DNA of 62,835 bases, filler included, from Rhabdomonas costata (taxonomy: Eukaryota), in assembly GCA_019059605.1 (NCBI GenBank). It is 44 parts of 44 records of this genome, joined end to end, with 100 filler letters (N's around TTAATTAATTAA, not from the genome) between each part and the next. Parts side by side here need not be neighbours in the genome. Positions count along the whole stretch, not along the records: positions 1 to 1,331 come from JAHMHO010019152.1; positions 1,432 to 2,761 come from JAHMHO010019153.1; positions 2,862 to 4,192 come from JAHMHO010019154.1; positions 4,293 to 5,622 come from JAHMHO010019155.1; positions 5,723 to 7,053 come from JAHMHO010019156.1; positions 7,154 to 8,483 come from JAHMHO010019157.1; positions 8,584 to 9,914 come from JAHMHO010019158.1; positions 10,015 to 11,345 come from JAHMHO010019159.1; 36 more parts are not named here. One strand, given 5' to 3'. This document shows positions 1 through 12,325 of the stretch, piece after piece. The position numbers and the translations under genes were made by a program. Numbering within the stretch: the stretch's first letter is position 1; the number at the start of each line of letters is the position of its first letter. Under the pieces are notes generated by a model that saw only the letters and a list, made by a program, of their open reading frames with translations, was not told where the DNA came from and did no database searches.

Positions 1-1331
1 GGGTGGTGTAAACCACGTGGTGGTAGGGAAGCGGGCTGGCAGGCTGCGGCAGGGCTGGCAGAGGTTGCGGCTGAGGAAGAAAGGAGGACCGAGGGGGGTA
101 CGGGCAAGACGGTAAGGCGGGTGGGCTCGCAGGGGCGGTAGACGACCAGCAGCAAGGCGGGAGGGTGCACCGCGCTCCCACCTCGGGAGACAGAGACCCA
201 CACCTGGGAGAGGAGCAGATTATAAGCACAACCTCTACCGCAAAACAAAGAATTCCACCCTCTGGGGGAGGGGGTCTGAAATTTCGTTCACGCCATTTAA
301 CTCCCTGCAACGACTTCAAACATACGAAATAGCACCGCTGGTCTTATTATCGGCAGAATTTTCAAAGTGGTGGGAAACTCTGAAATATAGAGCGCTACAC
401 TAAAGCAGTCCTGTTTTTTCTTAAACAAACAGCGAAACAACGACAACTTGGCATTAAAGACCACATTCTGGTGTCTTCGGTGAATGAAGTTCGCGGGTAC
501 CTGGAACCCCTGGTAGATGGCTTGGGAGGGAAAAACGAAAAGATAGGACAAACTCCAAGCGCCACACACACATTACGAAATTGGAACGCGGAACAGGTAT
601 TAATGGATCGGTTTATCGGTTAACTTCGACTTTTGCTGGATTCACTGAATCCTCAGACTGGATCTTGGAGGGACCCTACTTGCGGCAGTGTTTTCGGTCG
701 GAGCTGCAGGAAATGCATTTTAGGAAAATGAAAATCAGCGGACATACTGGGGGCTCCGCGTTGAAGACTCAGCGTCCGAAAGCCGAGGAGAAATTACGGA
801 GGTCATCCCTGAGGATAACAGGCAAACGAGCCTCTCAAAGAAAAGACCTTTTGCTTTTGTTTTGGTTGGAGTTGCAGGAAAGCACAAGAAAAACGACCTT
901 GCAACATGTCTACTGCATTCGCACAGTAGCACAGTAGCAATCGAAGGGAAGGGGGGGGTATCAGCAGGAGTGTCATGAGCCTGTGTATTTCTTTTTCAAC
1001 TAAATGAAACCTTTTTCATTAGGCGAAGCCGAAGCAGGCCTTTTGGGGTCTTTTGCATACACAGTGGGCCTCCCAAAACGCTGCGTAAGTTTTTGCGTAT
1101 GGACCAAGGGACAGAAACCACCCGCAAATAGTGAAAACGGTATGAGCCCTCGAGCTAGCACAAAAAAGGGTGAGATAAACTTTAAAAAGCAACCACAAGA
1201 TCCCCCATTTGAACAGCACAATAGACCATCCCGAAAACGCAGCCGGCCAATAGCTCTCTTGCTCTAAAGGTACTCAACGGTAACCTGCAAACCCGCGCAC
1301 AAAGCCCATGGAAGACCATATCCCCACAAAC

Positions 1332-1431
1332 NNNNNNNNNNNNNNNNNNNNNNNNNNNNNNNNNNNNNNNNNNNNTTAATTAATTAANNNNNNNNNNNNN
1401 NNNNNNNNNNNNNNNNNNNNNNNNNNNNNNN
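1332..1431. other. Artificial contig spacer (44 N + TTAATTAATTAA + 44 N); first of 43 spacers recurring about every 1430 bp up to 61410-61509
   Basis: Same 100-bp linker each time, with stops in all six frames. Flanking contigs are 1326-1339 bp, consistent with a length-sorted concatenation of unplaced contigs. Confidence 0.99.
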
Positions 1432-2081
1432 GGTGTGTGTGTATATACGGTTGAATGCAGAAGGGAGTGGAAGTTGGGAAGAGGAAGAGAAGAGAAAGAG
1501 ACGGAAGAAAGATCGCGAGGAAAGCGAAGAGAGAGGGGATGGCGCTGGGGAGTGCGAGAAAACCCTGGACGACAAGAGTTCACCACAAACAACAGGCCCA
1601 CTTGAGGAGATGCTCGGTTATGAAAGAGTGTAGAAACGAAGCGGGGTCTAGGACAGACCGGGCATATTGTTTCCTTTTTGTAAATAACTCTCTGTCATCT
1701 GACATTCCATGTTCGGAACCCTGTTGGTATAGCCTCCCATTTTCAGAGCTTCTTCACTTGATTCCTACATCAGGATAACAACTGAATATTCGGCAAGAGG
1801 GTCGGCAGCGAGCCTCCAGGAGCATGCTTTGCATACCTTTTCATGCCCTCACACCTTCTGAGAAGAGGCATGCTGTACAGACAAGGCAATAGTAGTGTGC
1901 AGGGAACAGGGCGCAAAACGGCCTGATGCGCGCAGAAGAAATCGCGGCCAACGGGACCAAAAGTGAGCGGTCCCGAAACACCAACACAAAAGCATCCGCT
2001 GTGTCCCGCTGTGGCCGGATGCCCTCCTCTACTGTACACGCCAACTCAGCACAACTGACATCCGTGAAACAGCCAGGGGGG

Positions 2082-2658
2082 TTACTGAGCTGTTGTCTGT
2101 GCCAGTAAGGCACTATACTCCCTGTAGTCATCCACAGCCTCCTCCACCGTTGCCAAAGCGCGGCGGCGGGCGATAACGGCGTCCCCGGAGTCGGTCTCCA
2201 TGGCTTCACTGAACAGCCGAATAGCCTGGGCGATTTGCAACCATCAAAATCATAACCTCGTTTTGCTAAGAACGTTTTGTGCGATTTAATGCGTGCAATT
2301 TTGCACGCCGAATGAGGCACCTGACATCACGGATAACAGAAGGACAACAGCGAGAGCAGTTTGGTTTTCGGGACTCGCACACAGTTACAAAAAGGGCAAC
2401 AATCACAGAGGGGGTGGCAACCGCACAAGTGAGAATACCCCTGGCAACAGAACAGAGGGATATTCTGGAATGCATGTAACTGATGGTCCATATCCTTTCC
2501 TTTCACTTGAGAAGGAAAAGAAGGGTTGGCGAACATACTTCAGCCCACTCGAAGCGTTCTGAAGCGCGCATGGCCTGAGTGAAGGTGCTCAGAGTTGAAA
2601 GCTTCCGCTCCTCGCACGGCCGGATCACCTCAAAGGCCTTGATCCGGCTCTTGGTGTC
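2082..2658 (-). CDS. Last two exons of a probable class III nucleotide cyclase-like protein (C-terminal TPR-like tail)
   Basis: Exons 2658-2539 (cag|...|gtatgt) and 2225-2082 (cag|...TAA) join in phase 0: DTKSRIKAFEVIRPCEERKLSTLSTFTQAMRASERFEWAE|AIRLFSEAMETDSGDAVIARRRALATVEEAVDDYREYSALLAQTTAQ*. The pattern resembles the 'VYEL...F..A...W.EA...F...P.D' tail of CyaA-like cyclases. Confidence 0.55.
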
Positions 2659-3624
2659 CTGAGCAGGCATGCAAATGGGAAAACCCTTTCCGCCCTTTCC
2701 ACTTCAGCGCACTAGATGCACACCCGCCCCTCCCCAAACTGCTTTGCTCTCGTCTACCAAANNNNNNNNNNNNNNNNNNNNNNNNNNNNNNNNNNNNNNN
2801 NNNNNTTAATTAATTAANNNNNNNNNNNNNNNNNNNNNNNNNNNNNNNNNNNNNNNNNNNNTTGTTTGGTGAAATACATTAGACGCCCCCCCACCACCAC
2901 CCATGATTCAGTTTTTGCTTAGCGGTCGCTACGCAACTTTTGTCACGGCTTAAGAGTGCTGCACCTGTCCCCTGCGAACCCAATATCCTGGGTACTACAC
3001 TTCCGGAATCGGTATCCCCCGCATGCGCAGCGATGTAGCAATAGCTCCGCACGGGTTTGCGCAACGGGGGTAAGTAAGTATAATGTATCAGAGGAAATGT
3101 GTGACACGGCGAAGGAGAGGGAAGATCTGATGACCAATTAATGAGAGGGGATGAAAGGTGCGAGTGATAATCCGCCAGAGAAAAGGGGAAACCCAGGGGA
3201 AACACACCCACACTTACCCCGTCCTACGAGTCCTAAGAGGGATGTCTAGCTCCATCCTCTGCGTGAAGGTGCTGTGGTGAGGAAGACCTCTGAGCCACCC
3301 ACCCACTGACGGCTTCCTTGGAGGTGGGCAGGGACACGCTGCACGCGCACAAAGTCTCACCCAGACGCGTTGCCCAAAGAATTGAATGTTAGAGGAGGAC
3401 GCCGAGCCCGTTCGCGCGGCATTGGCGTGTACCACTCACCCCCCCCTCAAGCAATGAGGAACTTAAGCCGATGCAACGAAAAATCATCTAGCCGGATGGA
3501 AGGAAAAGTCCAGACGGCCTGGAGGAGTGAAGTGCACAATGCTGCCGTCTGTGGGAGGGTGTCTAATGTAATACTCCCATGGGTTTATTTGTCGGTGTGC
3601 CTCCCCCTTCCCTCTCTGCTGCAG

Positions 3625-3713
3625 CTGGACTACGCCTCGCTGAATTTCCTGTGCAAGCAGACCCCCGAGGACCGCGAGAAGATTCTAGCCAGGCTGGCCG
3701 GCATGAATCTCAG
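3625..3713 (+). CDS. Internal exon, unknown protein (LDYASLNFLCKQTPEDREKILARLAGMNL)
   Basis: Pyrimidine tract + CAG acceptor, GT donor at 3714, high GC3. Confidence 0.55.
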
Positions 3714-4292
3714 GTCCTTGCAGGGGTTGCTTTCTTGTGCCTACCGCAGACCCTCGCCCACTGCGTGCTCCGCTGAACTGGCCGAATAATCCCTGTCCTT
3801 GGACGGAGAGATGGAGGAATACAAACTCCCTTCGCCACATCAGGGTGTTTTACCGTTGGAACTAAAGGAAGCCCAACTCCCTTGCCACAATAATTTGGGG
3901 CTGTTGTATTTTTTTTTGTGTGATAAAGGCTGCCTCTTCCCTGTGGTTGATATGCATTCTTTCTTCCGCAATCGCTTCGAGCGAGGAGCCATTCTTCCAC
4001 TAACCAAAGCCGACCTTCACCCCGAAAGTGCAACGGCAGCTTCAGCCTTTTTGCAGGCTTTTTGGGCCGTCGCGTCATGTCACGGTTCATTGTTTGGGTG
4101 CCAGGATACATTGTCCCCTGAAATTTTTTGTCCAGGTTGTCTTGGCCACGAGGCGCATATCCAGGTGCTAAGATGTAGTTCACACCCCACACNNNNNNNN
4201 NNNNNNNNNNNNNNNNNNNNNNNNNNNNNNNNNNNNTTAATTAATTAANNNNNNNNNNNNNNNNNNNNNNNNNNNNNNNNNNNNNNNNNNNN

Positions 4293-4443
4293 GTGGTTTT
4301 GGGCAAGTGGAGGCTCCCATGCTTCCGGCGGCATATGCTTGTTAACAAATCCATTTAACTAAAAATTCGCCTCACCGCTAACAACACTGTCAACAAGCAT
4401 ATGCCGCCGGAAGCATGGGCGCCTCCACTTGCCCAGAAATCAC
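4293..4443. repeat. Inverted repeat / hairpin, about 55-bp arms, 40-nt loop
   Basis: 4293-4347 is the reverse complement of 4388-4443 with a few mismatches. Confidence 0.92.
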
Positions 4444-6427
4444 CGACAAAACTGCAAGCGCTTAGCTCTATCTCCGCGGTTCAGCCGTTGTCTTAGCTGT
4501 AACTTGTAAGGAAAGAGCCCAAGCTCACGCCGCAACAGACGATGAACGGTGGTTTTTGAATTCATGTATTAGCGCCCAGGCTCCGGACTGACATCTGAGG
4601 GTTACAACTGATGGCACGTCGCAGTATGGCCACAGCAATAACCTGTGATACAAATTGGACATTGTTCCACTGGTTACCCCCAAAACATTCTCACATGGTG
4701 GAGCATCTAAGCGAATAAAGCCCATGTTCGCGAACATCTTTTTGCAAATTTATTCCAAAAAATAAATTTCATCATTTTAAATGGGAAACCCGGTAGAACA
4801 ACAATGTCTTCGATTTATGCGACACCATGACCTGGTAGAGTGCAAGGCAATTGACTTCAACTCTAACTGTGGCTTCAGAACTGGTGACGGCGTGGTGTAC
4901 AACTACCGCATTTGGACGTCGGCAAATGAGAAGCTCAGATATATTGATGGAACCAGATTCAAACCCGCCCAGAAACTATGGTCCACATCGGAAACATCTA
5001 TTTAAAGTCCACAACACCCTTGATCGCCTGCTGCAGGCAGTGGAGAAAACACTTTTAATCCATTACGAAGCACGGCAAACACATCTAGTCCTTAAAGACA
5101 TGATATTCTCTTTCATCCCTTGCAGTTAAACATCTGATCCCGATGACACCACATCTATTTCATGAACCACTCTCCACAGCGTGCAACTTCAATCAGTGTT
5201 TCCATCCATATCTTCGGGATATATATTCGGGATATAGAGCTGCATACTTCAGGTTGGGAAGAACGTCAAACAGTTCAGACAATTTCACATACAGTCTGGC
5301 TGTTGGCAAACTGAAAGAAAAAGGAATCTTGAATGTTGTCCTACTCCTGTTTCACTAACTTCTCACTGTTAATGATTTTTCGCAAACAGTTTCCCGCCTG
5401 AATGTACACTGTAATACTGCCAGACTTCGCGCTCATTTCATTCGATAACACGATCAATTCTTTCCATTTGAGCTCTTCCGAAGATTCTGTATTCTTGAAT
5501 TTCTTCCCTCCCTTAATGTATTCGACTCTCAACTCATCCAAAACCTTTCGCGCTCGCTCCTTCAATTATTTTGCACTCACATTATTTCGCTTCCGAGCAT
5601 GATTTTTAGACTCCCCAACACANNNNNNNNNNNNNNNNNNNNNNNNNNNNNNNNNNNNNNNNNNNNTTAATTAATTAANNNNNNNNNNNNNNNNNNNNNN
5701 NNNNNNNNNNNNNNNNNNNNNNGTTTTTTTGTAATATCATGATCGCCTTGGGAACGGAAAGCACTGGCAGTGCGTTTGCTCTTTTTGTTGGACCGCTTCA
5801 GAACGCTCAAACAGGGTGAAAAATGGTTAAGTGTGCTTTTAAAAAATATGCCCTAGTCAGCTTCCAGACAGGGTTACTTTGTGGTTCGGGGTGGTCATTG
5901 AGTCATTTTTCGGTTTCTATTTCTTCGAAGAAGGACGGAGCTGTGGTCACCGTGACCGGCGTTTGACACTTTCGGATGCTGTCTGAAGGTTGCCTGCAGA
6001 ACCTCAATATGGTGCTCCGCTCCAGGGGTTTCATCTGCTTACCGGGAGACTGTTTCCCCTTGTGGTGTGCGGTTGGGTCTTGTGGTTTCGGTCCCACTTT
6101 TTAACTTTGATTGGTTTCACAGATAAGTGTCCCGTAGACGAAAAAGCCGTTCCGTTACGGTGTACTCCACGATAAACTGGACGCCGGGAACCACAGTAAA
6201 GAGCTTTCTGAAGAAATGCCATGGAGAATGGGACTCTCCCATACGTTTTTCGGTGTGTAGAGCCCATACGTGTTTTTAAGGGGCGTAGAGCAAATCAAGT
6301 GTTCACTGCTCGATTTGCAACAAAAAAACAAACTTAACAGGATACGAAGGAGGATAGAAACGCTTTTCAGCGTGGTGTTAGGTTTCTTTTTTTCAACCCT
6401 TTGTTGTCTTTTCCCGCCCTCTGTTAG

Positions 6428-7030
6428 GACTTGATTCACCTCCGGAACTCCTCCGAGGTGGTGGCTGAGATGAGCAAGATGGTGCGCTCGCTGAGTATGT
6501 GCGTCTACTGCCTTGTTGCCCACCCCACACACACACACTCTCTCATTTTGGTGGGCAATGGTTTCTCAACTTCTTCCGGGTTTTTTTTTTATACATTCTT
6601 CACCGTTTTCCTTACCTTACATTTCTTCCTCCCCATTTCGAGACCCCTGTTGCCGTGTGGCTCCACCCCCGAAAGAAAAGAAAAATGTGTATGAGCAGCA
6701 GCAGTTCATGCAATGCAAGTGCATTGGTGATTGCGTTGGGCCTTTTGCGCTCCTGGAGTGAAGACAGCGAATCCGGAGATCAAGATATCATGGCTGTGTG
6801 CCGGGTGCCTGAAACAATTGTTCACACGAGCTCTAGCACCTTGTTAGGGTTTCCCGGCATTGCCGTAGGCATTCATGCACGTCCACGGCTCAGATGCCTT
6901 CTGGTACGGCCGCATGGCGGAGCCCAAGGAGGGATTCCATCTGAACAAGAACCCTTCGACGGCGTACTGCCTGCTGTACAAGCTGTTCACGTTTCGGCCT
7001 TCCGTCAGAGTCATCCGCAAGATGCTGACC
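6428..7030 (+). CDS. PRP38: Pre-mRNA splicing factor 38B-like (PRP38 family), two exons
   Basis: Exons 6428-6494 (tag|...|gtatgt) and 6894-~7030 (cag|) join in phase 1: DLIHLRNSSEVVAEMSKMVRSLNAFW...NPSTAYCLLYKLFTFRPSVRVIRKMLT. This matches the PRPF38B motif STAFCLLYKLFTLKLTRKQV. Confidence 0.85.
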
Positions 7031-7362
7031 ACCCCACACCAAACACACCCCACNNNNNNNNNNNNNNNNNNNNNNNNNNNNNNNNNNNNNNNNNNNNTTA
7101 ATTAATTAANNNNNNNNNNNNNNNNNNNNNNNNNNNNNNNNNNNNNNNNNNNNGTGGGTGTGTTTGGTGTTGTGGGGGGGGAGAGGGGTTGCTGACACAA
7201 AACCCAACAAAACTGCAAGGGAGCTGGTTGGTGCCCAAATGAGAAAAACTTCCACTCGTAACGCTGGAAAAGCTCGCCAAAAATCCTCTCCGCTGTCAAA
7301 GCAAGTGGTGACCCAGAGCTGTATTCCTTTGAAAAAAAAAGCAAAAGAAAAACAAAGTCCAC

Positions 7363-8240
7363 CTCCTTCTCACACAGCTTGATCTCGCCATCCAACGTTC
7401 TCAGACACTTCTCTTTCCCATCCTGAGCAAACGATAGAGGCAGGAGTGCAAGGTTGCTCTCATCAAGAAGCACGTGTATGAGCGTGCCCAACGCTTGGTG
7501 TTCAGAACCATTCTTGCCCCTCCAGTGACCCAAAAACGCAGCACGTTTGCTGGGAAAGGAAACCATGCAGCTGGATTAGATAGTAATGTTCATTTCAAGG
7601 ATTCGGAGGCCATGGTAGTTGCCGTGTAATCGCGTTACATGGATATGTGGGAGAGGGGGGGCAGGGGGCAGTAGTGTGTTACCAAACAATAATTACGGTA
7701 CGGAGACAATTGCAACCTAACCCAAAGCCGCGGGTCTAGTTAATTACAACGAAACACCGCGAACGTTCGTTGTTGTTGTTCTCGTCTTTCTGCTTCCAAT
7801 GGCAATGGGTTCCAATTCGAGGTTTTCGCTGCTTCATGGCAACTTTGAGCGGATTACCTCTCTAATGCTGGGCGATCTTGAGACACAAATACACACTTCG
7901 TACACATGGCATGGTTTTAGAGATCTTTTCTACCTCCAGCGGGATTTCAAATTCTCTTCCGCTGCCTAAATCCCCTCAATCTTGGGAGCTTCATTTCTCT
8001 GCGCTCGCCCAGTGGCCTGTATATGGTGCTCAGTGACCTCTACACACACACACCACACAGAGAGAGAGAGCGAGAGAAGGAAACTCCACGGAGCACGCGC
8101 CTTGAGGTCCTGGAGCTGCCTCCAGTACTGCTGGAACAGCGACGCGAACATCTCCGAGTTCCCGGCCAGCCGAGCCTGCAGGCGCTCACTCTGCTCGGAG
8201 CACACCTTCCGCAGCGAAGCCACGTGGGCTTCCATTTCCG
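7363..8240 (-). CDS. Two exons of a coiled-coil protein, unknown function
   Basis: Exon 8240-8101 (EMEAHVASLRKVCSEQSERLQARL...QLQDLK, GC donor gcgcgt) and exon 7422-7363 (DGKEKCLRTLDGEIKLCEKE, donor gtggac), phase-consistent. Confidence 0.65.
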
Positions 8241-8651
8241 CTGTGTCACAACATCATCCCACCCGTTCATCTCAGTTCAGCTTACCACAGCCCACCTGCC
8301 CTCCCCTTTCTCCCTTCATGAGGGAACAAACCGCATTGTATCTTTTTGGCGTTTGAATGTGTGGGTGTGTGGGGGAGGGGGCGTAAAACGCACAACAGTG
8401 TGGAAAAGTGGACAAGGAATTAATGTTTACGTGAATGTGCAGGTGTCTGTATCTATGGGATATCTCTGGTTCAGGTTCGGAGCNNNNNNNNNNNNNNNNN
8501 NNNNNNNNNNNNNNNNNNNNNNNNNNNTTAATTAATTAANNNNNNNNNNNNNNNNNNNNNNNNNNNNNNNNNNNNNNNNNNNNGTATGTTTGTGTGTGTG
8601 GGGGGTGAACTTTCGTGTTCACTTCTTTCGAGGGACTGCAACTTCGCACAG

Positions 8652-9444
8652 GGGGCTTCGTGCCTTTGTGAAGTACGTGCCCCGAGACGTGGTGCAGATG
8701 ATGCTGAGCGGAGAGATGGAGTCCACCTGCGCCATGCACCGGCGCACCGTGAGCATACTCTTCATGTATGCATCTCTCTCTCCCTCTCTCTCTCTCTCTC
8801 GTGTGGGTGGGTCCAAGGGGAGGCAAGGAAGGGGAGGGAAGAATGGAAGTTAAATTTACGCTCTGCTTGTGTATTTCCACAACACCCTCTTAGTGCCAGT
8901 CAGCACTGCGACAGAATGTCCTCTGTTACGTTATTCCCAATTCTTCCACTCTCCTCTACTTTTTGAACGCAACACCTTGGCGCCTCTCTGTCTTCCTCTG
9001 CTTCTGGCTTCTCTGTCTGGCGGACCATCGGACGATGGACATTTGCATCGTCCTTAGCCTAATGGCTGAAAAAAAAATGCCGGAGTAGCCTGGGGCGGTT
9101 ATTTTTTTCTCTATTAGAAATGCTTTTGTCATCACTTTCTTTTTTACCATACTTTACCATCTGCCCCTCGAGACGTATGAGTAGCGAATGGTTGCGGTAT
9201 CAATACTGACCGTGTGCCGAGTTTAACTGCTACATATCCCCAGCAGTCCTGTTGATTAGAGTCGCGCTATTTTCACTGTTGCATTCTGGTATGGCGTTTC
9301 CTTGTGTTATTTTTTTTCAGGGACATCGAGGGCTTCAGCGCGCTATGCGAGTGGATCCCGTCGGAGCAGCTCATCCGTCTGACCACGGAGTACCTACAGG
9401 CGATGTGTGAGGTCATTGACAGCTCCAGAGGAACTTTGGACAAG
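8652..9444 (+). CDS. Class III adenylate/guanylate cyclase, N-terminal half of catalytic domain (two exons)
   Basis: Exons 8652-8765 and 9321-9444 join AT|G: GLRAFVKYVPRDVVQMML...RTVSILFMDIEGFSALCEWIPSEQLIRLTTEYLQAMCEVIDSSRGTLDK. Contains the F-x-D-I-x-G-F metal motif and GTLDK. Confidence 0.92.
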
Positions 9445-10404
9445 GTTTGACCCCCTCCCCGCTGCTGGGACGTTCCGCTGGGGCCTTGGATATGGCGTTA
9501 TCGCTCTCCAAACACTACTAGCAATAGCTTCCGCTCTGTGCAAAATGTGTTGTGGTGTGCTGTGGTATTGTGGTATGCGACAAGAGAGCGAGTCTTTCTC
9601 CGCGTGAGGGTGTATTTTCCTTTCTAAGCCGTCTTCCCAAGTCTCTCGCCACTACTCAAGACTCCGGTCAATCGTCCCGCGCCGAGGCACCTCCTGGCCC
9701 CCTGGCTTCACAGGAAGCCCTCCGGTTGGGTGCGGCCACAGTTGCCTTCACCATGACGCCTGAGAGAGGCCAGCGTGGTGGACCGGGAAAATCGATTTGA
9801 GTCGATTTCGGTGCCTGATAATATCCGTACCACTGTTTTCATTTACACCCAAGTTTCTGTGAGTGAATGTGTATGAAATCCGTGCGAGATGCGGGGCGGT
9901 GAACCAAAACCACCNNNNNNNNNNNNNNNNNNNNNNNNNNNNNNNNNNNNNNNNNNNNTTAATTAATTAANNNNNNNNNNNNNNNNNNNNNNNNNNNNNN
10001 NNNNNNNNNNNNNNACGGCGTTTGTTTTTGAATATGGCAAATAAACGGCATAACTCCAAATGACCGGCCATAGGAAGATCACGAAACACACCAAGAGCCA
10101 TTGGAAGTAGCCATCACGGATGCAACACAGCAGGGAACATGGCTGTAAAAGAGCAGGAGAACACTCCCTAACCGTAGGTAAGTTGCGGGTGACACCCCGG
10201 ACCCCCCCTGCACGTGCATGGCGTCCTAACCCCCTGCAAGAAATCTATTATCTATTATTGCTCTATGGCCGGTCATTTGGAGTCCTGCCTAATAAACTTT
10301 TGAGTGGGTTGGGGAGATTATTTTTGGGAGTCATGACAATGAACCCAACCGGCGGTTTGGACAGCCCTGCCGGGCGTCACTCTCTCTCTTGTCGTTTTTT
10401 TTAG

Positions 10405-10420
10405 GATCACGGTACAGACG
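10405..10420 (+). other. Possible 16-nt microexon
   Basis: Long pyrimidine tract ending TTTTTTTAG, 16 nt, then the consensus donor GTGAGT. Confidence 0.3.
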
Positions 10421-11454
10421 GTGAGTGATGTGCGCCAAGTGACTTTCCGGTTCACGATTAAGCCGCTGCAGGCTCGCTACAGGTTCTCTTTTGTGTGGTC
10501 CCTCTTCCTGCTTCCTATCCCTCCCCACCCTGCTTGTCTGATCCTTTGGGCAGTTTATCGGCGAACTCTTAATTTGTTCCCGAGATAATGGTGACGAGTG
10601 AGACGTGGGATGTATGGGACTGAGAATGTTATGGGGACTGGCTTTGGACGCCGTGTTGCCCCATGGGGACCCCATCAGTGTAGCACGGTAGGCCAGGGAA
10701 GCCTGTCCACCGGACGTCCTTTACCGTACCCATTGCTTTGGACTTTTCGCCGTCTAACGTTTAACGGCTTGTCGCGTTTTTGCAGCGTTAAACGTTCAAA
10801 AATCCTCTTGTTGAGCTATTTGTCTGACGGGTATTCGGGAATTTGTGCTGCACCCTTGATGAAGTTTAGCATGCGGGGTCACGTAAGCTGTGCCATTGCC
10901 CTCCGCATAGACGGAACAGAAAAGAAACCTCAGTGAACCTCAGACAACTTCTTTTGTTTACCTGAATGCCCCGCGCGTCACCTAGCAAAGTGCGATGCCT
11001 TCCGACTGCACTTTCGATGCGAGTGATTAGGATTTGATGGATTTGCCCTGCTGTTCCTTCTAACCTGTAAAGGTCTTCGGTGGCTTTCTGAATTCACCCT
11101 GGGTGTCCCCAAAAGCAGTGCGTATCAATATGACTTTGAGTCGGATGCATGCTTGGCAACATCTCTGCTTAGCACGTACAACTCCGCTTTTGGTGGATGT
11201 CCTGCCAGCTGCCAAGTGCATCCCTGCACCGCAAACAATGACGCAGAAGCCTGCGTAACGCTTACCCTTCTCAACGACCGGCTGCCCTGTGTTTCACAGG
11301 GCACAGGTTGGGGAGCTTCTGTCGTACCTCATGAATACCAAGTATNNNNNNNNNNNNNNNNNNNNNNNNNNNNNNNNNNNNNNNNNNNNTTAATTAATTA
11401 ANNNNNNNNNNNNNNNNNNNNNNNNNNNNNNNNNNNNNNNNNNNNGTGGGGGGT

Positions 11455-11677
11455 GCAGTGAACATGCTAAAGCAGAAAAGAAACCAAAGAACCAAAGCAA
11501 GTAGCTGGAGCGGAGGAGGGTGGGGTTGACCTGCCCTGTACTTGGTGGTTTTGGCTGTGCTCCTGCCTGTTTTGTTCTTGTTTGCCTTCCTCCCCTTCCC
11601 CCGTTCTTACTTTCTCCTCCGCCCCACCTGCTTGCTTTGGTTCTTTGGTTTCTTTTCTGCTTTAGCATGTTCACTGC
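11455..11677. repeat. Fold-back element (MITE-like): 64-bp inverted arms, 95-nt spacer
   Basis: 11455-11518 is the reverse complement of 11614-11677 with 3 mismatches. Confidence 0.92.
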
Positions 11678-12012
11678 TCCCCTTTCCTAAACAACTCTTC
11701 AAAACTGGATAGGTAAGCACCCCCCCCTCTCCACCCGTATTGCTATCAGCTCCCCCTACCTAATTTGCTTGCTTGCAATCTGTCTCACAGTTTCTGTTTT
11801 TTTTTCTGCAAATTACTCTTCAGTGCATTTACTTTTCTTTGCGCGGGGACCAAGAAACAGAAACCGCGGTGCATACTACTTTGCTTGATGTGCACGTTTG
11901 TTGTTTCCCAGGCGAAGTTTCTTTTTGCGGTCTAAGGCTTTTGCTGGAGGGAAAGTGAAAGGCTGGAACCGCAACCACCGAAATACAAAAGCAAGAGATT
12001 CTGTTGCTGGAC

Positions 12013-12325
12013 CTAGCTCTTCAAGCGGGGGCCTGCCCTTCTGCCGAGCGTGCACCAGTAGGACTTGCAGGCCCTGCTCCTTCACTGAGGCGTACCACGC
12101 GTGGTAAGCCGCCCGCGTCCTCGGCTTGAGGTTGAACATCACCGTGATCCCCCACAGGGTGCTAGTGTTGGCATCCGTGGGGTAGTGAAATGCCTCAGTC
12201 CACAGCCGTCTAAGGCGGGCAGCACCGCCCTCCTCCGACCGGGACCCAACCAAGCAGAGCGCAGGACGAGCCAGAAGAACGGCAAGCCAAAGTAAAAGAA
12301 CGGGGAGAAAGGAAACCACCGACAT
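12013..12325 (-). CDS. First exon of a secreted or membrane-anchored protein, possibly glycosyltransferase-like
   Basis: ATG 4 nt after a CAG (possible trans-splice acceptor). Hydrophobic leader MSVVSFLPVLLLWLAVLLARPALC, then LWGITVMFNLKPRTRAAYHAWYASVKEQGLQVLLV; GT donor at 12012. The function is a weak inference. Confidence 0.6.

Noticed and set aside
1376-1387. Regularly spaced TTAATTAATTAA as a biological repeat or CRISPR-like array
   Set aside because: Always centred in N runs; it is an artificial six-frame-stop linker. ORFs ending in X..LIN are artefacts of it.
3922-3969. DIRS RNase H-like motif EERMHINHREEAAFI on the minus strand
   Set aside because: Single short motif with no upstream TDAS/GWG and nearby stops; too weak to call.
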